Source: Selaginella moellendorffii (taxonomy: Eukaryota; Plantae; Lycopodiophyta). Taken from it: DNA of 64,000 nucleotides. The stretch is from contig NW_003314265.1 in assembly GCF_000143415.4 (NCBI RefSeq), forward strand, positions 3,716,443 through 3,780,442. Reading direction: 5' to 3'. Position numbers and translations under genes: made by a program. Position 1 is the first letter of the stretch. Each line of letters opens with the position of its first letter. This document shows positions 38,065 to 54,084 of this stretch, piece after piece. The notes below the pieces were generated by a model. The model was given only the letters and a program-made list of their open reading frames with translations, ran no database searches and was not told where the DNA came from.

Positions 38065-39662
38065 CAGAGTCTTGCATTTTTTTAAGCTACACAAGTAAAG
38101 GAAAGAAAAATATGAGTGCGTCTTAAGCAAAAGAACTCGCAAGAGCGACCGAATGGTTTCTCCTAGAGTGAGCTAAACAAGACACTCCAGCGCCAAATCC
38201 ACCCAAGCTTCAGATGCTTCTTACCTCGTGAATGGATGAGCGATCCCGCAATGCGCCAGGATCCATGTTCCATGAGCTCTGTGCCCTGCTTGACCATCGT
38301 TTACTCCCGCAAAGTTAAAACCAACGTCATGCTAGTTGTGTGGAAAGCACCAAATATGGTACTTTAATCCGGCTCTGATCATGTGTATTCAAGCTTCTTG
38401 GTTTTCCATTTTCATCCATTGTGCCAAACCACAAAAAGCGAAGTTAATATCAACATTGTTACACGACACACCCTTGCCACGTGTCCATTAGGGTTTTCTT
38501 GTTCTGTCCGCTATGATCCCGATTTGTCTCATGGTATTGGAGCTGGGATAGCGCCATGGAAGGAAAGCCATCCATCCACAAGTTTGATGGAGAAGGGTTT
38601 AAGGGATTCAAGATCCATCTTGAATCCTATCTCTTATTTTATGGTTTGTTGGGGATTGTAGATGGGACAGAGTCATCACTGGCTCTAGGCTTTAGCGCTG
38701 TTGAGGTGCGTGATTGGAACCTTCGGGATTCCAAGGCTAGAGGGAATATTGTGATGTGCTTGTCCTCAAATGTTCTCTTTGCTGCCCTATTGATTCCAAA
38801 GTCCACTGCGGCAGAGCTTTGGAAGTGGTTGAGTGACACTTATGGCACCAAGAGTGAAATGGATGTCTTCAACATCCATTCACAAATGGATTCCTTGAGG
38901 CTAGAGGAAAATGGCAATATCCAGACTCACATTGCCAAGCTCTAGGGCTTCTTCACACAACTTGCAGCTGCTGGGGCGAAGCACTATCTCACAGATGAGC
39001 AGCAGAGGCTGCGGCTCTACAGGTCCTTGCCAGCAAGCTGGAAGAATGTAGTTGAGAGCTTGCTTCTCCAACCAAGGATGACTTGGGCAAATGCCGTGAG
39101 GAGTCTTCGCAACATTGAGGCCATGCGAAGTGAGAGAGCTGAAATGCCACAGGCTATGTATGCTTCACAGGCTTCTGGTGATGCCCAGGTGGCAAAACCG
39201 CATGCAGCTGCAAATGCCCAGAAAGGGCAAAATTCTGTGGCATCTGGGCGTGCCAAGCCCAAACTTGCTAAGAATCAGTGTGCTCGCTGCTTGGAGATGG
39301 GCCACTGGGCTTGAGATTGCCTTGCTCCCAAGCCTGTCAAGCGACTAGCTACGTTGGCGAAAGCTAATTTGCTTGAGTGTGATGGAATTGCTACTGCAAA
39401 TGAAGCTGTTGAGGAGCTCTACAACGCAGAGGCAATTGCCGCACCAAGCTGGTGGCTCTTAAACTCTGGTTGTACTAATCTTATGAGCAATAAGAAGAGT
39501 CTTTTTGAGTTTTATCAGCCAAGCATTGGAAAACGTGGTGTTCATTTAGGTGACAATACCACCATCCATGTGGACGGCATCGGGCAATTCTGGCTCTCAC
39601 TCGATCATGGGAGGACCATGGCCTTTGATGGTGCCATGCATGTTTCCACCTTGCGACGAAAC

Positions 39663-41377
39663 TGTAAGCAACTAAATTTTCCATTCTACTTTAGTCACTT
39701 AACTACATCTCTGACCATTTGGAGGAGTCTCATTCACAACCTCCATAAGTCCAATCCAGGACTTGGGACTTCCTAGCCCCGAGAATGGCATCCATGCCAC
39801 TCAATATTTGCACTTGGTCCAAGTGCTCCACGTGTCCGATCCCATGACCGACACTCAAAGGTACCACCGACATAGCAGCCCGTTACGCTAAGGCCATGCC
39901 CAATCACCTCTGCCACACTGGTAGTCCAATACCACTTGCATCACCGTCTTGGCTCTCCAAGACTAGGCAAACCATCCGTGAGTGGTCATCTCAGATCCAC
40001 TCCTTAGCATCCTTAGGATGCCCACCGACAAGGGGAATGGCCTTCCCCAATATCCCTCTGTCAGTCCCCATTAAGTTCCTTTCTGCCCCTGGCCGTGTTT
40101 GCCAACACTGCCACTGGATCGAGACCCACAGGCTTGACCACTAAGTCCCACGGTCCTCTAGGACTTCCTCACCACACGATTGTGTCCTTGGTCACTACCC
40201 CAGAGGACTGCTCCTCTTTCTTTCCACAGTCTGGGCCTTTGGGACAACATTTCGGAACACCGTGGCCTTACACGAGCCACCTGGGTACTCTCCTCGCCTT
40301 CTACCCTTGGGTGCTCTAGCCATGGGCTTAGAGCGGGTTCCATTGAGCCACACCAGGTATCCAAGTAGGTAGTGCCACCCACACTTGGACTGGGAGCATC
40401 GGCCAGTCGATCTCCCGGGGGAACTAGAGCCGGCTCTTGAACACTTCACCAAGCTACCCCGCTTGTCGGTCTGTGTTCACTCTAGTCTTGGACTTCCTAG
40501 TGGGCAGCTCATCACCCAACATTGGGTCCGGCCTTCCTGGGCCAAACTGGCCTTTCCTGGCCAAACTGGCTCCACTGCAGTCCTCCCCCTACTATACTTT
40601 TGGAGCTCACCAAACCCCCCAGGGTCTGGGAGACGAACGCTTTGGGCTTTCACCCTCTCAGACTCGAACTCGGACTCGGATTTGGACTCGGACTCGGATT
40701 CGGACTCGAACTCGAACTCGGGCTCGGACTCGGTCTCGGCCTCGGCCTCGGTCTCGTTCTCGGTCCCGATCTCGGTCTCGGTCTCGGTCTCAGTCTCGAC
40801 TTCGGACTCCATCTCGGACTCCATCTCGGGTCCATCTCGGACTCCATCTCGGGTCCATCTCGGACTCCATTTCGGGTCCATCTCGGACTCCATCTCGGGT
40901 CCGTCTCGGACTCCATCTCGGACTCCATTTCGGGTCCATCTCGGGTCCACCTCGGACTCCATCTCGGATCCATCTCGGGTCCACCTCGGACTCCATCTCG
41001 GATCCATCTCGGACTCCACTTCGGACTCCAACTCGGGTCCATCTCGGACTCCACTTCGGACTCCAACTCGGGTCCATCTCGGACTCCACTTCGGACTCCA
41101 ACTCGAGTCCATCTCGGACTCCACTTCGGACTCCAACTCGAGTCCATCTCGGACACTTCCACGTGTCATGTGTTGGTCCTTTTGGGTCCCTTTTTGGAGC
41201 CTCGCTTTTTGCTCGCTTCGTGCTCGTTCCTCGAGCACTTCGTTGGGAGTTCCACTCCCGCTCTTGACTTTTCAAGTCGGAGCTTTTGGTCCAAACGTGT
41301 TACGCTGGTTTGGCTCTCGCTTCAGCCACTACCACGTGGCACCTCCACTTTGGGGCCTAGGGATTTTGTATCTCACA
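39663..41377. mobile_element. 1715-bp solo-LTR-like insertion nested in the Copia element
   Basis: TGT...ACA termini flanked by GAAAC duplication (39658-39662 and 41378-41382). Removing it restores the Copia frame HVSTLRRN|LMSVAKI. Confidence 0.85.
40661..41155. repeat. Minisatellite: degenerate (A/T)CTCGG hexamers, then 11/12-mers TCGGGTCCATC and TCGGACTCCATC forming a 35-bp higher-order unit
   Basis: Seen directly; it explains the spurious multi-frame ORFs here. Confidence 0.92.
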
Positions 41378-44300
41378 GAAACTTAATGTCCGTCGCCAAG
41401 ATATGTGATCAAAATGCGGTGGTAGTCTTTGATGTGAAGGGAGTCTCTTTAGTTGACTCTAGTGACTTTCAAATGCTTAGTATACAGTTGCTTCGTGGGT
41501 CACGCATTGGGTATTTGTATGAGATTACTGCTATCGACCCAGTTCAGGCCTTTCAGACTGTGGAGGCAGATTCTCGTGCGGAGCTTTGGCATAAAAGACT
41601 TGGTCATGTTCATTACCAATCTCTTCAACGGATGAAATCCTAAGATATTGTTACTGGATTGGATTTCCGACATATCTCATCTACATTTTGTGAAGCTTGT
41701 GTTTTAGGCAAGCATCACCGCCAGAATTTCTCACTGAGTAAGCATCGAGCACTTGGACTTTTGGACTTAGTCCATTCTGATCTTTGCGGCCCCATGGACG
41801 TGCCAAGTCACAATGGCACAAGATATTTCATCACATTCATTGATGACTATAGCCATCGAACATGCATCCACTTCTTGATACGTAAGAGTGATGCAGTTGC
41901 TGCCTTTCAAACATACAAGGTGTACGTTGAAAACCTCCTTAGTCGAAAGATAAAAGCTCTTCGAGTTGATGGTGGTGGTGAATACCTCAACAATGAGCTT
42001 CGGGGCATCTGTCGTGATGTAGGCATACGACTGCAAGCTACAGCCCGCTACACCCCCCAGCAAAATGGTGTTGGAGAAAGGAAGAATCATACTCTTGTCA
42101 ATGCTGCTCGTGCTTTGTTAGCTAATGCACATCTTGACAAGATGTTTTGGCAAGAGGCCATAGCCACAGCAATGCATGTACAAAATCGCCTTGCCATGGC
42201 TGCTTTGGATGGAAAAACCCATGAGGCATTTTGGACAGGTTCTACTCCTGATGTGTCCCACTTTCGGGTCTTCGGTTGTGCAGCATACGCACATACCCTT
42301 GATCAACTTTGGAAAAAACTAGATCCCAAGAGTAAAAAATTCATCTTCGTGGGATATGCACAGGACGACACTATCGGGAGAAAAGCTTACAAGTTGTGGG
42401 ATCTTGCATCTCACAAGGCTATTGTAAGCACAGATGTCATGTTCAATGAAGACGACTTTCCCATGCGTACAGAGGCTCTTCAAGATCCTTCCTTTATTGC
42501 TGAAACTCGACTTGTTCCTTTAATCCCACTTATGGGAGATGGTCCACTCTTGCCTCCACCTCAAGATCCTATTCATGAGTTGCCACCAGAGATTCCATTG
42601 TGGAATCCTCCACTTCTAGACATGCTTGAACCAGCTGATCTTCCTGTAGTTGAGGACATGCCTCCAACACCTCCACCACCTTGTCGACGTCGTGGCATGC
42701 ATGATCCGATGCCAGTTCTTGATCACCCCTGGGAACGTCGGCCCTCGTTAAAAGTCCGGGAAAATGCTGAAGCAGATGCTGCAGAGCTTGATGACTTTTG
42801 TGGCCTTGTTGACATCGGCATCCCCATGACCTATGATAAGGCCATCTCAGGACCTGAGGCTTCATCTTGGATGGAAGCTATTGCGGAAGAAGTTTCTTCC
42901 ATTCGGGCTAACGGAACTTATGTTCTAGTTGATTCAGCGCCACCGGGACGATGTGTTTTGGATCCAAAATGGATTTTTTCCAAAAAGTATGGGAAGATGG
43001 CCAGGTTGTACGTTATAAGGCACGGTTGGTTGTTCGCGGTTTTCGCCAAGTCCATGGCCTTCACTACGATGAAACATTCTCACCGGTTGTAAAAATGGCC
43101 AGCCTCCGTACTCTTTTTGCCCTTGCGGCTGCTCGCAAATGGCAAGTCCACCATATGGATGTCAAAACTGCATTTCTGAATGGGGATTTGCAAGAGGACA
43201 TCTATATGCATATACCTCCTGGTTTTGAGGACGATGTTGCCCCTGGTGGCCCTATATGGCAATTGCGGAAAGCTTTGTATGGCTTAAAACAGAGCTCCTG
43301 TATTTGGTATCAAAAATTTGATGCCACCCTACGTGCTCAAGGCTTTCGTCGCTGTTATGCTGATCACAATGTGTATGTCAATGGTCATGCTGAGTGCATG
43401 GTTATTGTGGCCCTCTACGTTGATGATTTGCTCATCATGGGTGATGACAACGATGCCATTGCTGCTCTGAAAGATGCTCTCAACCAGCAATTCCAGATGA
43501 AGGACCTTGGCCAAGTCTCCTACTTTCTTGGCTTTGAAGTCACACGTGATCCTGATTCTGGTGGCTACATGCTTAGCCAACAGCGTAAAGTTGAAGTCTT
43601 GCTGGATCGGTTTGGTATGCGTGATTGCCACCCCATCAAGACCCCGATGGTCATTGGTGCTATCAACCTCACAGTTGAGCAATCTGGTGAGCTTCTACCC
43701 ACTGGGACTCCCTATTGGCATCTCATTGGTTGCCTCACATATTTGGCCCTGATGACTCGCCCCGACATCACATATGTGACTATTGCCTTGAGTCAGTACA
43801 ACACATCACCAACCACCATACATTGGCAAGCTGCCAAGCGTATTGTGAGATACCTCCGGGGCACTATGGACTATGGCATTGCTTATTCAAGGGGTGATGC
43901 ATCATTAGCATGCTACACAGATGCTAGTTTTGCCAACAACAAAGGTCATCACTCGACTTCTAGCATTTGCCTTTCCTTCTCAAGAAGTGCCATCACGTGG
44001 GCCTCCAAGTGACAATCTATGGTGGCCCTTTCTAGTGCAAAAGCGGAGTGCATCGCACTCACTACTAGTAGCAGGGACGTGGTCTGGGCTTGAGGGTTAC
44101 TTGCTAAGCTGGGATGTGCATGAGCTGGCCCCACTACTTCTTGGTGTGACAACTGAAGCAGCATTGCCATGTCCAAGAACCCCATCCACCATGCCCGCTC
44201 GAAGCACATTGAAGTCCAATTTCACTACGTGCGTGAGTTGGTTGACGGGGGCACCCTCGCCATCCAACATCTCGGGACACAGGATATGCCAGCCAATCTT

Positions 44301-46847
44301 CTCACTAAGCCGTTGGGGTCACACCAATTTCAGCTCCTACGTGACAGATTTGGTTTGGTGAGTGGCTTCGGTTTGGGGGGGAGTGTTACACGACACACCC
44401 TCGCCACGTGTCCATTAGGGTTTTCCTGTTCTGTCCGCTAGCGCGGTGTGCTTTGATCCCGATTTGTCTCAAACATTACCTAGTGGCGCAAACAATCGGC
44501 CCTGCGTGATTGCCGTGCCTTCTCTGCAGAAAAAGGCTCCGAATGGGCTTTTTCATCCGCCCTAACTTGGGAATCACAAGCTCCATCTGCCGATGTAACA
44601 ACCAAAAAGAAACATTGAGCACCGCCACCAGCTGCAAGCCTTGAATGCCGCGAGCACCAGCGACCTCTGGAGAAATCTCTCGGTTCCCCGATGCACGAGT
44701 TGTAGAAGCGCTTCCTGCCCCAGCACCTCCCGGATCCATGAGCTATAGAAGTGTTTCCCTGATCATCGATTGGGAGCTGCTCTTGTTGCCTGCGCCACAG
44801 GTTGTCGCGGTCCTTGATCGAGCTCCCAGTGCGGAATTTGGCGTCCAGCTTGCTGGGTTCGTCTTGTAGCGCTTGCTCTTTGGTGCAACAGATCTAGAAA
44901 AAAGTGACTTCTCGGAGGATCATCAAAGCATTTTCAAGAGAAAGATCTGCCCAAGAAATGGTAGCCGATGACGTGGCGCGCTGCCAACCCAAGTGGAGCG
45001 TCACATCAACATTGGTTGTTTACTACTCATTCTACATGACAATATTATGGAGCAAACATCTCTTCAGCTTTCTGAAGAAATTTGTTCTTCGACGTGATGG
45101 GTTTGTGCTTAGCGATGTTATGGCTGAAACTAGCTGTCAGTTACTTAGGATTAAACATGCATTCAACAGCGCACACTGCAGTATGTGTGGGGTGAGCTGA
45201 TCTATGACACTGTCTCTTGGTTTAAATTCTCGCATGTTGAATTCTACAAATGAGTCAACGAAAGTTAATGTAGCGTTGGGAGGACAAATCAACAAGCACT
45301 ACCTCCAGAAATACCATTTATGTTACTTTCATGTGTTGATCAACAAATACAGTAGACCTGAAACAGGAGGTTCAAGAAAAGGAAAAACCCCTTGGAAGTT
45401 ATTTTACTAACCTTGAAGTAGGGATGTTATATATCAGGATGCCTAAGCATTTTTCCATGGTATTCATGATGGTAGAACTTATAATGTTCTCAATGTTTAT
45501 CCTAGTGTGAGCAACAATTCTACCCATAATGTTCATGTCAATGTGCGTGGAGTTAAGGATGTCAGCATACTATCAGTTCAGTGAACTAACTTTTACATGA
45601 AAATATGAATACTTATGAAACTTGAACATAGAATATTTACCTCATTCATCATAGCCAATTAGAAATTGTCATCTTTTGTATATTTAGTAGCTCTTGTAGT
45701 AGGATCACTGAATGGCTCAATCACAGGGTTTTGCAGGAACTTTATCCCATGTATGTATGTTATCTGATAGCTTGCCAAGTTGCACACGAACAAGCTCTAG
45801 ATGGATCCATGAATTTGACTTCACCCATGTTGAGTGCCCCACATGTGGGAGCTAATCCGATGTTTAAGATAGTCTTGGACATTCGAGTTGACAATGTTGA
45901 CCTATCTATTAGTCAAATGCTAGCTAAAACTGAATGTGAAAGTCAAAATGCTAGATGATATTTCCAAATACTTACAATCAGCTGAAACTAGGCATTTGTG
46001 CTCAAGACAAAGCTCATAACAGCAAGAAGAATGATTGATGGGACTTTTGCCAAAGCTTACCCGGTGCTACTGGAGCATATTCTGTAAGGAAGTGGATATG
46101 TTGGCCAGTAGGGAGTGGAGTCCAGGTGTGATTCAGCCGGGCAAAAGGGACTTGTATACGACATTCAACCGTATTAATCTTACCTCTGTAACTTTGGATA
46201 TACCAAAGCATAACGGGCGAGGATTTGAACTGTACTTTCAACAAGCTATGACCAACGTAGCTGTTTCATAGACATAAGCCCGTGTGGTTTTGTGTCATGG
46301 TTTCTTGTGTTGATCTTCTAGTGACTTGCAGATTTCTCTATGAGTTCGCCCTCGATCAATATCTAGGTCTTGCTGAAAACTGCAGGCAAAAATTTCTCAA
46401 CTATCTATCGAAGTTCAAGTTGCTGAGGGATGGCAGCTGAAAATCTCAAGAAAATGAAAAGAAAGAATGGACACCTGCTGGGAAACCACTGCTTTTGGTG
46501 AGGACTTTCACCTTAGTCATATCATTCTGGTACCTCAGAGCTTCTTCGCTGCCTTAAAAAAATGATGAGACTTTATATAATAAGAAGCTTCGTATGTCTT
46601 TCATATTGTGATTTTAAAAAGTTATATTGCTTAACAATACATTGCTGGACTTCCTCCCAGATTGTTAAACTTTTACGATCTTCTACGCAGCACACAGTCG
46701 GCTTGCCATGACATTTCGTACCTCTATATAATATTGTGATAAAATCTTTGCTTATCAAACTAAGATCCTTGTGAGCAAACATTTCTTGCAACTGTTTTAT
46801 TTGTGAGAATGAGAAAAAAATTGGTGCCTTTGACTACCCCCCAAGAC

Positions 46848-48029
46848 TCAAGCCACATAGACATTCTTCCCGGAGAAGTGCTCCGTGTACACCTCGTGCA
46901 TGTAATCCCTATAAGTCCTGCTGCGGTACTTTGCTGGACTGTCCCGGCTCACCAGCTCTGGAATCGGGCTGATCTCCGCGTCTAGTGACGGCCCCAGGAA
47001 CGCCCCAACGGACAGCCTTGAGCTCTTCGAGTTCACCATCACCCTGTGCAATATGCTCTTGTATCTCCCATTGCTGAGCTTCTGATACAAGACAATCAAC
47101 CAAGACAAAGATCAATCCACAGTTTCTCAAAACGTTTTCGACTGCTCGTACCTCTAGCTGATCGCCCATGTTGACCACCAGCATTCCCTCGAGTGGCCTC
47201 ACGTTGTACCAATCCTCGCCTTGCTTCAGCTGCAATCCCCCGACTCCATCCTGGAGCACAAACGTGAGGCCGCCGCTGTCAGTGTGGCCTTCCATGCCCA
47301 AGGCCTGCCTCGGGTTCGGGCAAGCCGGATAGAAGTTTGCTCTCGTCAGAAGAACCATGTCTGCGAATGCTTCCAGAAGACGGTTTGAGCGGAGGCCAAG
47401 TCCCTCGGACATGACCAACAGCATCCTCTTCCCGAGCTTGAAGATGTTTCTGGCGTACTCGGATCCAACGTCCCTGTTGCATATAGAGCGTCAGCAATCT
47501 AGAGCAATACCGTAATCAAGGAGCGAGAAACTGACTTGTAGCTGGCTGGGAACGCGGGCCAGGGGTGCGCTCCGAGGGACTCTTCCTTGAGCCACATCTG
47601 GAGGTGGTCGTGCCACTCGAGCTTCTCTTCTTTCGAAGGCATCATGCTGGTGCAGTAGCGGACGGGTGTGAAGATCTCCTCGGTGTAGTATCGCATCTTG
47701 TCCTCGCTGGGCGAGTTGAAGAACTCGAGAGCGCACCTCATCACATCCTCGGTGTGAATTCCGTGGTTCTTGAGCTGCAAGTCAGAAGAACAACAACTTA
47801 GCAAACATGTACTACAGGAAAAAGGTCTTTCTTGAAAACTTACGTAGAAAATTCCGTACTTTGTACAAGCGTCAACGAGATCCCTCTCGAAGCTCTCGCT
47901 TGCCACATCGACTATCGGCAGCACCGCGTACCGGGAGACATCGGCAGCTTCATTCGGCATCATGTATCTGTCTGGAACGCTGTCCAGCATCCCGTTGCAG
48001 CTGTCAACAAATGCCTTGATGCCAGCCAT
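46848..48029 (-). CDS. 2-ODD copy 4, apparently intact
   Basis: Four exons, splice sites and catalytic motifs intact. Confidence 0.88.
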
Positions 48030-48516
48030 GGATGGGACTGTGTAACCAAGAAAGCTTGAAAGATGAAAGATGGAAATGGAAATGTATGCTTGGATGCTAG
48101 GCTTTCTCAACTTTGAGATGCGGATATCAGTGTCCTCCCAGTGCCCTGCTTATATAGTTGCAAAAAATAAGATTTTCAGGTCGGCAGCACGAAGATGATA
48201 AAAATGTTACCATTGCGCCGATTCCGGATCCGCCCCCCGCTCAAGACCATTTTGTAGACTTTTCCGTACCCGTGACTTGACCAGCGTCCGCATCTGGCCC
48301 TGCCCCAGATCCACATCAAGCGTCAATGCTCAACTTAGTTGACCCACGACATAGAAAATTGGAGCCACGAAACTTCGGAATTGTCACGTTTTTGTATCGA
48401 ACAGGAAAGATCGTCCACGCAAGTCCGGTCGTGGCACGGACTGCAAAAACAAAAGCCTTTGCATAAAGGACGATGATTTTATAGAGCTTTCTTGTTACCT
48501 CACAGCGCTGGCGGCA

Positions 48517-50298
48517 ATGGCGCTAGCAATGGCCAAGGAACTCTTCTCCATCGCCAGCAATCGCTGGATCATCGCAGTGTCGGGCTTCTACCTGATAGCA
48601 ATCACCGGAGGCACGCTCACCAGCTTCAGCTTGTTCTCGCAAGAGCTCAAAGTCTCCCTGCATTACAAGCAAGAGTCCGTCAATACCATCAGTTTTTTCA
48701 AGGATCTCGGCACCAGCATGGCTTTCCTGGCCGGCTTGCTCAATGCGAGAGTCGGACCCCGTCTCACCATGCTCGTCTCCGCATTGCTCAACTTGTTCGG
48801 CTACACCATGGCCTGGCTCGCCATCACCCACCAGATTGCTCGTCCACCGGCATGGCAAATGAGCTTCTACATGTTTCTCGTCGGCGCCTCTGTAGGCTTT
48901 GCAGTCACGGCTGTCCTGTCGACCTGTGCCACGAACTTCCCCAAACATCACCAGGGGATGCTGCTGAGCTTGCTCGACGGCAGCAATGGCCTGGGAGCAA
49001 CCGCATTCGCGGTTGTGTTCCAGACTTTCTTCCAGTTCCACGCTCGCTCCTTTCTGCTCTTCCTGGGGCTGCTACCGACGTTCCTGTATCTGCTGCTTGG
49101 CCTCTTCCTCGGGCCCGTGCCTGTCGTCGAGAGGCCTGGCGACAAGTCCATTCTCAACTCGTTCCTCATCACCACTTTTGCCTTGGCGGGCTATCTCCTC
49201 GTCGTCACAGTCATCGAGGGGACCATACCGAGCAGGCTTCCAGACTCGGTGCCTTTGGTGTTCTTCGGGTTGATGCTGGTCATCGTCCTACCTCCGGTTG
49301 TTCTGGTTGTCCGAGCTGAGCTTCGATCACATTCGAACGGTGCTGGTGTTGTCGATCAACTGCAAAGCATCCAGACACCACCGCCAACTGAGAAGTCTGT
49401 CGATCAACTTGAAAGCATCCACGCACCACCGCCAACTGATAAGTCTGAAGCTCAGCTCGCGGATATGAATTCCACCCCGAGTGCTCTGCAAGTCGTCGAC
49501 CATTCTCCTTCTCAAGCTTCCGGCGCTGGCAGCTGCAGATGGTTCCAAGTCCCGGCGAGAGGTAAGGACTACAGGCTCGTCCACGCCTTGCTGAGCATCG
49601 ATATGTGGCTCATGCTCATCGCGACTTCCTGCGGCCTGGGAACCGTGTCCACCTTCTACAACAACTTGGGCCAGCTGAGCGCCTCCCTGGGATACTCCAC
49701 CGCAAGGATGAACATCTTCGTGGCTCTCCTCAACATCTGGGACTTCCTGGGAGCAATCGGCTGCGGCTTTGCGTCCGAGATACTCCTGCACAAGTTTGGC
49801 ATTGGACGGCCGTTCGTGTTCGCTGCGGTGGTCGGCTTTCTAGCGCTCGGCAACTTGCTCATCGCCTTGGGCCTTCCCGGCGCGCTGTACATCGGCTCCA
49901 TCATCATCGGCCTCGCCACCGGAGGCCAGTGGGCGGTGCTGTCGACCATCATCGCGGAGATCTTCGGGCTCAAGCACTATGGAGTTCTCCAGAGCTTCCC
50001 AAACATCGCAAAGGGGATTGGGACGTTCGTCCTATCGGTGGAAGTTGCGGGTGTGTTTTACGATCGGCAAGCCAGGAGATACCGGGGCCCCGACACGCTG
50101 GAGGCCGGGCTCTTGTGCCACGGTGCCAAGTGCTACAGCGAAACCTTCTTCGTCATGGCCGCTACCTGTTTGTTTGGGTGCGCCATCGCCGTGGTTTTCA
50201 GCTTGAGGTCCGCCAAGTTCTACCGTGCGGAGGTGAGGCCCAGGTTGATGAGAAAAGTTGCTCCTGCTACTGTTGACGATGGAGTCCAGTCATGCTAG
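48517..50298 (+). CDS. NFD4/nodulin-like MFS transporter copy 4, intact (593 aa, most divergent copy)
   Basis: Full ORF with a 48-bp tandem repeat in the central loop and a distinct C-terminus. Confidence 0.92.
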   Translation: MALAMAKELFSIASNRWIIAVSGFYLIAITGGTLTSFSLFSQELKVSLHYKQESVNTISFFKDLGTSMAFLAGLLNARVGPRLTMLVSALLNLFGYTMAWLAITHQIARPPAWQMSFYMFLVGASVGFAVTAVLSTCATNFPKHHQGMLLSLLDGSNGLGATAFAVVFQTFFQFHARSFLLFLGLLPTFLYLLLGLFLGPVPVVERPGDKSILNSFLITTFALAGYLLVVTVIEGTIPSRLPDSVPLVFFGLMLVIVLPPVVLVVRAELRSHSNGAGVVDQLQSIQTPPPTEKSVDQLESIHAPPPTDKSEAQLADMNSTPSALQVVDHSPSQASGAGSCRWFQVPARGKDYRLVHALLSIDMWLMLIATSCGLGTVSTFYNNLGQLSASLGYSTARMNIFVALLNIWDFLGAIGCGFASEILLHKFGIGRPFVFAAVVGFLALGNLLIALGLPGALYIGSIIIGLATGGQWAVLSTIIAEIFGLKHYGVLQSFPNIAKGIGTFVLSVEVAGVFYDRQARRYRGPDTLEAGLLCHGAKCYSETFFVMAATCLFGCAIAVVFSLRSAKFYRAEVRPRLMRKVAPATVDDGVQSC

Positions 50299-50640
50299 CA
50301 GAGCTTTCATCTTCCATTTTTTTTGGTTCCAAGCTGTACAAGAACCAATGATCACATGAAAGGCCAAACAATAAGAGTAGAATAGGATGCTTCCAGCGTT
50401 TTTCAAAAAATAGAACTGGCAAGAGCTTCCGGAGCGACCAAATGCTTTCTTTCTTTCCTGGAGGGCCGTGCATTTCAATCGGAGGGAAGAATGCTATCAT
50501 CCCAATGCTAGAAATACTCCAGCGCCAGAGCGCTTGGGATCGGATTCTTACCTCGATCGAACAGGATCACTACGCCCTTTTAGGGTTTTTCGCCCTTTTG
50601 ATTCAGTATTTAATTGGGCTTTTTTAGGGTTTACTCGACA

Positions 50641-54084
<3,444 letters not shown>

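Larger units (their letters stand above)
38457..44471 (+). mobile_element. Ty1/Copia LTR retrotransposon, degenerate, TSD AACAT
   Basis: 5' LTR 38457-38531 and 3' LTR 44384-44471 (TG..CA). PBS TGGTATTGGAGC, PPT GGGGGGGAG. Gag knuckle, protease, integrase (LVHSDLCGP, FIDDYS, PQQNG), RT (MDVKTAFL, YVDD) and RNaseH (KHIEVQFH) in Copia order, with stops and frameshifts. Confidence 0.95.

Noticed and set aside
40661-41155. Possible CRISPR-like array
   Set aside because: No unique spacers, eukaryotic context and no cas genes.
40385-41643. Long overlapping ORFs in several frames (SD-, RS- and LG-rich), resembling SR or adhesin proteins
   Set aside because: By-product of a stop-free minisatellite inside a solo LTR.
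46030-46080. IDGTF peptide reminiscent of a MULE transposase motif in the spacer
   Set aside because: Five residues only, surrounded by stops, with no TIRs or other catalytic motifs seen.
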